Positions 34,725-40,000 of a DNA stretch of 40,000 bases are shown here, piece by piece. The position numbers and the translations under genes were made by a program. The stretch is from positions 336,410-376,409 of the forward strand of contig JBEKXL010000001.1 of NCBI GenBank assembly GCA_049512075.1. Reading direction: 5' to 3'. Below the pieces are notes generated by a model, which was not told the DNA's origin, searched no databases, and saw only the letters and a list, made by a program, of their open reading frames with translations. Every line of letters starts with the position of its first letter. Within the stretch, counting starts at the first letter, position 1. The DNA is from Candidatus Bathyarchaeia archaeon. GTDB lineage: Archaea > Thermoproteota > Bathyarchaeia > Bathyarchaeales > Bathycorpusculaceae.

Positions 34725-34892
34725 GTGAAAAAGGGGAGCGACCCAGCGCGCGCGGCATGATCCGCCAGCCAAGATCAACTGGACAGTCATGGTCTGCATG
34801 CGAGGACAATTGTGAGACTTGAACTTGACGAACTCAAAACTCAAATACAAGCTCTACCTATCGAGTAATCTTCTTGGTTGAAGGTGAAATTA

Positions 34893-36428
34893 ATGGCTGG
34901 AAATGCAGTGTCAGACTATAATACGCTGATGGAGAAAGCCAAGGAACTTGCTATTTTGATGTCAACGGAATCCATGATTAGCTGGGATATGGAGACGATG
35001 ATGCCTCCGAAGGGTATCAACCTGCGCAGCCAGCAACTTTCTTTACTCAGTGTAATTGAGCACAAGATGAGCACTCACCCGGAGATTGGAGCCCTACTGC
35101 AGAAGATCAAGCGAAGCCCAGAGTATGACAAGCTTGACCAGGTGCAGAAAAGAAACGTTTACCTCATCCAGAAACGCTACGACGAACAGACGAAGCTTCC
35201 AGAAGAACTCGTAGCAGCGATTGCAAAACAGCAGGCTCTGTCTATTGACACGTGGAAGAAGGCGAAAGCGGCCAAAAACTATGCCATGTTCAGACCTGAG
35301 CTTGAGAAACTCGTTGAACTGCAGAAGAAGGCCGCGGACATTTTGATGAAGGTAAAAGAGACGGCAACACCCTACGATGCGATAATAGACATCTTCGAAC
35401 CCAAGATGACCGCCAAAGCAATCACCAAAATCTTCGATGAACTCAGAGAAGGGCTAGTTAAGGTTCTGAAGAAATGTGAGGCTGCGCCGAAACAGCCGGA
35501 TCTAAGCGTTCTGAAGCACAAGGTCCCGATAGACGTGCAATACAAAATCGCGGTGGCGCTCGCCGAGGCCGTCGGGTACGATGTAACATCAAAACGAGCA
35601 GGAGGCAGAATCGACCCCACCGAGCACCCCTTCACAACAGGCTACTACGACGATGTTAGAATAACAACGCACTATTACGAGGATCTCTTCGCATCCTCAA
35701 TCTTTTCCGTTCTGCATGAAGCAGGGCACGCCATGTACGAACAGAACCTCAAGCAGGAATGGATGTACCAGCCGATCGGCAGCGGCGTTTCAAGCGGTTT
35801 CCATGAGTCACAATCCCGTTTTGTCGAAAACGTTGTGGGCCGATCCCGCGAGTTCTGGACCTACTTCCTGCCAAAGCTCAAAGAAGTCGGCGGTAGCACG
35901 CTGTCAGGCTTGAATCTGGACAAGTTTGTTCACGCAATAAACCAGGTTAAACCCTCAAAAATCCGCGTTGAAGCAGACGAAGTCACCTACGGACTGCACA
36001 TAATCATAAGGTTCAACATTGAACGCGACCTCTTCGCCGACAAAATAACAGTCAAGGAACTCCCAGAAATATGGAACCAAAAGTACAAAGAGTATCTAGG
36101 CTTAAAAATCGAAAACGATTCAGAAGGCGTAATGCAAGACACCCACTGGGCCAGCGGCTATTACGGCTATTTTCCAAGCTATGCATTGGGCAACATCTAC
36201 GACGGACAATTACTCACAGCAATGGAGAAAACTTTACCAGACTGGCGGAAACAACTGACGAAAGGCAACTTCAACGAGGCAAAAGCGTGGCTGACCAAAA
36301 ACGTTCACAGCCAAGGAAACCTCTACGACCCCCCCGACCTAATCAAGAGAATCGCAGGAACAGAAATAGACGTAAAACCGTACATGGGGTACCTGAACAA
36401 GAAGTTCTCTGAACTCTACGGTTTCTGA
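34893..36428 (+). CDS. M32 family carboxypeptidase (carboxypeptidase Taq-like)
   Basis: HEAGHAMYEQ (HExxH), TEHPFTTG, DVRITTHYYED and IRVEADEVTYGLHIIIRF. ATG 34893 is preceded by GGTGA. Confidence 0.9.
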   Translation: MAGNAVSDYNTLMEKAKELAILMSTESMISWDMETMMPPKGINLRSQQLSLLSVIEHKMSTHPEIGALLQKIKRSPEYDKLDQVQKRNVYLIQKRYDEQTKLPEELVAAIAKQQALSIDTWKKAKAAKNYAMFRPELEKLVELQKKAADILMKVKETATPYDAIIDIFEPKMTAKAITKIFDELREGLVKVLKKCEAAPKQPDLSVLKHKVPIDVQYKIAVALAEAVGYDVTSKRAGGRIDPTEHPFTTGYYDDVRITTHYYEDLFASSIFSVLHEAGHAMYEQNLKQEWMYQPIGSGVSSGFHESQSRFVENVVGRSREFWTYFLPKLKEVGGSTLSGLNLDKFVHAINQVKPSKIRVEADEVTYGLHIIIRFNIERDLFADKITVKELPEIWNQKYKEYLGLKIENDSEGVMQDTHWASGYYGYFPSYALGNIYDGQLLTAMEKTLPDWRKQLTKGNFNEAKAWLTKNVHSQGNLYDPPDLIKRIAGTEIDVKPYMGYLNKKFSELYGF

Positions 36429-36607
36429 TCAGACGCACTCTTTGCCCGATGCAAAAACACTCTCAACAATACGTACGCGACGATTCCCCCGACAAACAAG
36501 TAAACCCCAGTCCAGCCGACGATATTATCATAATAGTTTGCCCCGTACAAGAACAAGATGACTCCTAAGATAACAACGAACAAACACGCGAGTCCCTTCC
36601 ATTCCAC
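36416..36607 (-). CDS. Small two-TM membrane protein (hypothetical)
   Basis: 63-aa hydrophobic ORF, convergent with the carboxypeptidase and overlapping its end by 13 nt. Confidence 0.35.
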   Translation of the reverse strand: MEWKGLACLFVVILGVILFLYGANYYDNIVGWTGVYLFVGGIVAYVLLRVFLHRAKSASDQKP

Positions 36608-36936
36608 AAGACCAGCTCCGCAAACCGGTTTTAACCCTCTTACAATATCTCAAAGTATATAGACTTAACGATTACAGACCAATGTCCACATCAAAACAAC
36701 AGTCGACAGCACACAAGCCCGCCTCTTCGAGCACAACACAGTCGAAACCCAGACAGTTCATCCACCCTCCTCACCACACCTACAGACAATGTCACGAGCA
36801 TGCCGAAAAAGCGTCTATAGTCCAGTGTGGCTCGACACTTGAATGCAGAACTGCCTGCGCATTTGACTTTTTTCCTGCATGTTTCCGACAGTCTTATATA
36901 CCACTTATGCATCCAAATAGCGTGTGTGATCAGCAA

Positions 36937-38391
36937 ATGTCGGAACACAACGTTAAGAAGCCTGAAACAAGGGAAGAGTTTGTCGACATGCTCCTAGAAG
37001 CTGCGAAGAAGGCTGCCGAAGACCGCGGTGTCCCGAAGGTTAGACCGACAAAACCTACAGTTCTTGGAACAGCTGAAGTCTTAAACATACACAGGGACAC
37101 CCTTTATGCTTGGCTTAAGGAGTTTAATGTCGATTTCAAAGATATATCAGACAGTATTCCGACAGACATTGTGTCGGCATATGGGGACGCAACGGGGAAG
37201 GTCTATTTGATTGGGGAAGCACTTGTCGGAGACGGGAATGAAGTTGCACATATCGATCTTCTGATAGGTGACAAGAACGGGCCAGTTGGAAACGCGTTTG
37301 CGCAAGGCATGTGCAGTCTTTCAGCAGGGCACACGCCGCTTTTGGCGGTCATACGTCCCAACCTTCCGCCCAAGCCGCACACGCTTCTTGTGCCAAAAGT
37401 CACTACGAAGAATATGGAGGACGTGAACAAGATCTTCGGCCCAGCTCAGGCTGCTGTGGCGAAGGCCGTTGCAGACGCGGTGGAAGACGGGATAATTCCA
37501 ACCGACAAGATTGATGATTGGGTGATCATATGCAGCGTCTTTGTTCATCCAGCAGCAAGCGATTTTCGAAAGATCTACCATTACAATTACGGAGCCACGA
37601 AACTGGCCTTGAAACGAGCCCTGGCGAAGTATCCCCCGCTGGAGAAGATCCTCTACGACAAGGACAGAGGCAAACATCCGATAATGGGATTCAAGGTGCC
37701 GCGTCTATGGAGACCACCGTACCTGCAGATTTCACTTGACAACCCTGACTTGGACAGTGCAAAGAAGATCATAGCTCAGCTGCCAGGAAGCGACAGGATA
37801 ATCATTGAAGTGGGCACCCCGCTTATCAAGAGATACGGAACAAAAGTGATAAACGAACTCAGAGAAGTGGCCAAGAGCATGTTCTTCGTTGCAGATCTGA
37901 AAACATTGGACGTTGGAAAAGTCGAAGTTGACCTTGCCTACGACGAAACCGCAGACGCTGTGGTAGCCTCTGGACTTGCACCGGCTGAAACCCTTGACGC
38001 GTTCATTCACGAAGCAAAAAGACTGGCAACGTACGGAGTGGTGGACATGCTCAACGTCGAAGATCCCCTCAAGAAGCTCAAGTCTATCAAAGAATTTCCA
38101 GACATAGTAATCTTGCACAGAGGAATAGACCAGGAAACCGGAAGAACGCACGGAATGGAGATTATCCCTGAAATACGTCAAACCTTCAAGGACAAGAAAT
38201 TCCTCATCGCCGTAGCAGGCGGAATAGTGCCAGAAACGGCCCGCGAAGCGTTGCAGAAAGGTGCAGACATAATCATCGTCGGACGATACATAACCCAGTC
38301 AAAGGACGTTGAACGCGCAGTGAGAGACTTCCTGGAAGCAACACCAGAAATGCGAGAAGACATCGATCTGTTCAGAGTCCATGTCGAGTAA
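36937..38391 (+). CDS. fae-hps: Bifunctional formaldehyde-activating enzyme / 3-hexulose-6-phosphate synthase (Fae/Hps), possibly with an N-terminal HTH extension
   Basis: GEALVGDGNEVAHIDLLIGDKNGP...LLAVIRPNLPPKP (Fae) followed by LQISLDNPDLDSAKKII...IIIEVGTPLIK (HPS/OMPDC fold). ATG 36937 lies about 40 nt after CTTATATA. An alternative TTG at 37207 would give the canonical MIGEALVG start. Confidence 0.85.
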   Translation: MSEHNVKKPETREEFVDMLLEAAKKAAEDRGVPKVRPTKPTVLGTAEVLNIHRDTLYAWLKEFNVDFKDISDSIPTDIVSAYGDATGKVYLIGEALVGDGNEVAHIDLLIGDKNGPVGNAFAQGMCSLSAGHTPLLAVIRPNLPPKPHTLLVPKVTTKNMEDVNKIFGPAQAAVAKAVADAVEDGIIPTDKIDDWVIICSVFVHPAASDFRKIYHYNYGATKLALKRALAKYPPLEKILYDKDRGKHPIMGFKVPRLWRPPYLQISLDNPDLDSAKKIIAQLPGSDRIIIEVGTPLIKRYGTKVINELREVAKSMFFVADLKTLDVGKVEVDLAYDETADAVVASGLAPAETLDAFIHEAKRLATYGVVDMLNVEDPLKKLKSIKEFPDIVILHRGIDQETGRTHGMEIIPEIRQTFKDKKFLIAVAGGIVPETAREALQKGADIIIVGRYITQSKDVERAVRDFLEATPEMREDIDLFRVHVE

Positions 38392-38417
38392 GCATCTGTC
38401 CACTTTTTTTCTCCTGC

Positions 38418-39608
38418 CTATGCGAAGATCTTGAAGAAGACGAAGGCAGCGAAGAATATTGCACCGGCCACAACAAAAACTTGGAGGAACCCCGAAGCCT
38501 GAGCGATGAAAGGGCCAATAAACGAGCCGAAGGCTCCTCCCACGCCTATCAGAACATTGATCAGACCCGCTTTGCCTGCTGGTATAAGCTCCATAGACAG
38601 AGAAAGAATGGCCACCATAAAGACTGCAAAGAGAAATCCCATAGCAACTAGAATTCCGGTAGTCAGCAGAACGTTAAAAGATGACAGATTCAACGCGGCA
38701 AGAAGCACGAAGGCAAGCAGGCTTCGAAACAGCACTAGTCTGGCTACGCGGGCTTTCCCAGTTGACCCCTGCGACCTTCTGCCAGCCAATACGTAGCCCC
38801 CAATAGCTCCCCCGGAATTGAGCACGTAAATCGCGAAGACGAATCCCGCCGTGGGGGCGATGCTGTTCACAAACACGGGCATTGGAGTGAACAATATGCT
38901 CGTGGCAAGCGAGAAAAGCACTAGTCCGCAGCAGAAGGCTGTGACGTTCTCTCTTTTCAATTTCTCATCCAGACCTATGCCGTCCATCATTCTGGAAGCT
39001 ACAAAAACACCGTGAGACGCGAAGTCCACAGTCTTCTCGAGGCTCACCAAGCTTCTCTCAAAAATCATGGGCGGGTCCACCACGAATATAGCGGAAAGAA
39101 CGAATGCCACGAAGTTCAGTCCTGCAACAAGATAAAGCGTGCTCGTTGGGCCGAACCCGTAGAATGAAGCGAAGAAGCCTAACACTAAGCCGATCACTGA
39201 TCCGACTTCCGTGAGTCCTTCGTAAAAGGCGAAGTTCCTCTCCCAGTCTTGATGTGAATATAGTTCAGAGATGAGAACGTTCTTCGGAGCTTCATGGGCA
39301 ACGTGAAAAATCGACATTACCGCGTAGAGCACAATAAGCAAAGGCATGTACGTCGTGAAAGTGAAGAGATATATCATGACGGTCGAGCCGAGCAACGCAA
39401 GGAGAATATAACGTTTGTAGTGTCGCGTCTTGTCGCATAAATATCCCCAGACGAACGAGGCGGGGATAGCTGCGAAAAGGGCGATGGCGGTGATGACTCC
39501 AACATAGAATAATCCGTTCTTGGAGTCGATTATGAGTAAGTACAGCGGCAGGAAAATGGAGAGTAATGCGAAGGCCATTTCGTGGAAGAAGAACCCCAGC
39601 CGCCACAT
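38418..39608 (-). CDS. MFS transporter
   Basis: 396 aa with about 12 TM helices. A promoter box lies directly upstream. Confidence 0.8.
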   Translation of the reverse strand: MWRLGFFFHEMAFALLSIFLPLYLLIIDSKNGLFYVGVITAIALFAAIPASFVWGYLCDKTRHYKRYILLALLGSTVMIYLFTFTTYMPLLIVLYAVMSIFHVAHEAPKNVLISELYSHQDWERNFAFYEGLTEVGSVIGLVLGFFASFYGFGPTSTLYLVAGLNFVAFVLSAIFVVDPPMIFERSLVSLEKTVDFASHGVFVASRMMDGIGLDEKLKRENVTAFCCGLVLFSLATSILFTPMPVFVNSIAPTAGFVFAIYVLNSGGAIGGYVLAGRRSQGSTGKARVARLVLFRSLLAFVLLAALNLSSFNVLLTTGILVAMGFLFAVFMVAILSLSMELIPAGKAGLINVLIGVGGAFGSFIGPFIAQASGFLQVFVVAGAIFFAAFVFFKIFA

Positions 39609-39632
39609 AGCCAGAAAACCTCGTCAAAGCAA

Positions 39633-39648
39633 GATTAAAACTTTTACC
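39633..39648 (-). promoter_or_regulatory. GGGTAAAAGTTTTAAT box (variant of GGTAAAGTTTTAT) upstream of the MFS gene
   Basis: On the minus strand, 25-40 nt upstream of the ATG at 39608. Confidence 0.55.
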
Positions 39649-39890
39649 CAACCAAAACCAACGAACCCGGGATTCGTTCTCGCAGGCATGAGCGCTAGTC
39701 TATCCATCTTGTGACCTCGTGTGGGCGCGGCCGTCTAGAGGGAGGAGGAATCATGTCGGCGTATCCTGTGAGGCGCGCGCGCTCTTGTGCAATTAGAGCC
39801 TGATGGTTGAATCAGTTGTTATTCCACAAGCAACAAGATCCACAAGAAATAAGAACATAGTATCTGATAGTGTTCTATTGATAGGGTAAT

Positions 39891-40000
39891 ATGGAGAAGT
39901 CTCCTTGACATCTCTTGAGCGTGATCGTGTTCCGAGTGCTCGTCCTATCACTGCGAAAGAGGCTCCGCTTGTAGACAGACTTGAAGAAATGAATATTCTG
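39891..40000 (+). CDS. 5' end of a second STAND ATPase paralogue (continues beyond the window)
   Basis: MEKSPLTSLERDRVPSARPITAKEAPLVDRLEEMNIL parallels the N-terminus of 2349-5900 (…PSPRPLAVKESQLIDRVEEMRLL). Confidence 0.6.

Noticed and set aside
34594-34822. ORFs 34594-34809 (minus) and 34613-34822 (plus)
   Set aside because: They overlap each other across the 19-nt repeat and GC-palindrome region and have no protein-like character. The region is better explained as non-coding.
36682-36936. ORF-track start of Fae/Hps at 36682 (extra 85 aa MSTSKQQSTAHKPASSS...)
   Set aside because: The segment is low-complexity and Cys/His/Pro-rich, and a TATA-like box lies inside it. ATG 36937 or TTG 37207 are more credible starts.
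1-40000. CRISPR array associated with the Cas1 genes
   Set aside because: I found no series of evenly spaced direct repeats of 24-40 bp anywhere. The only short exact repeats are pairs (19-nt at 34619/34706, and the tRNA 3' copies). The tandem repeats at 10115 and 13924 are coding-type.
1-40000. Genome-wide reassignment of TAG (pyrrolysine or sense) suggested by the in-frame TAGs at 6243, 16288 and 16528
   Set aside because: TAG is the apparent terminator of about ten well-supported genes in the window, with sensible C-termini. A global reassignment is therefore unlikely. Only local readthrough or pseudogenisation remains under consideration.

Overview
The window looks like an archaeal chromosomal segment, and most of it is accessory. 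I infer archaeal origin from BRE/TATA-like promoter boxes, a fused Fae/Hps enzyme, a tRNA with encoded CCA and frequent TTG/GTG starts; I cannot assign a lineage. Housekeeping-type genes sit at the edges: an isochorismatase-like hydrolase, an M32 carboxypeptidase, Fae/Hps and an MFS transporter. The interior (about 2-33 kb) holds two ABC transporter operons, a glycosyltransferase, an alpha/beta hydrolase, a radical SAM/SPASM protein and a very large STAND-type ATPase-TPR protein. It also holds a family of huge secreted surface proteins built from shuffled modules. The most interesting locus is at 12.4-16.7 kb. It contains a full-length stand-alone Cas1 with no CRISPR array, no recognisable Cas2 or other cas genes, and no family-B polymerase in the window. 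Cas1 is paired with an unknown 202-aa protein. Divergently transcribed from them are a ribbon-helix-helix protein, a P-loop ATPase, small Cys/His-rich and basic ORFs, and a primase-polymerase-like reading frame broken only by in-frame stop codons. Decayed pieces of related elements lie elsewhere: a Cas1 N-terminal fragment at 24.7 kb and an ATPase C-terminal fragment at 7.3 kb. An intact tRNA-Glu at 129-206 has its 3' end repeated at 2.2 kb and, with one mismatch, at 32.4 kb. A 119-bp tRNA-like repeat occurs at 6.0 and 32.5 kb. Together these suggest repeated integration of a Cas1-encoding mobile element of a type I do not recognise. A GC-only palindrome, consensus T(T)AGCGCGCGCTA(A), sits in almost every intergenic gap and at several gene-fragment breakpoints. 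All calls rest on reading the sequence and ORF translations by eye; no searches were run.
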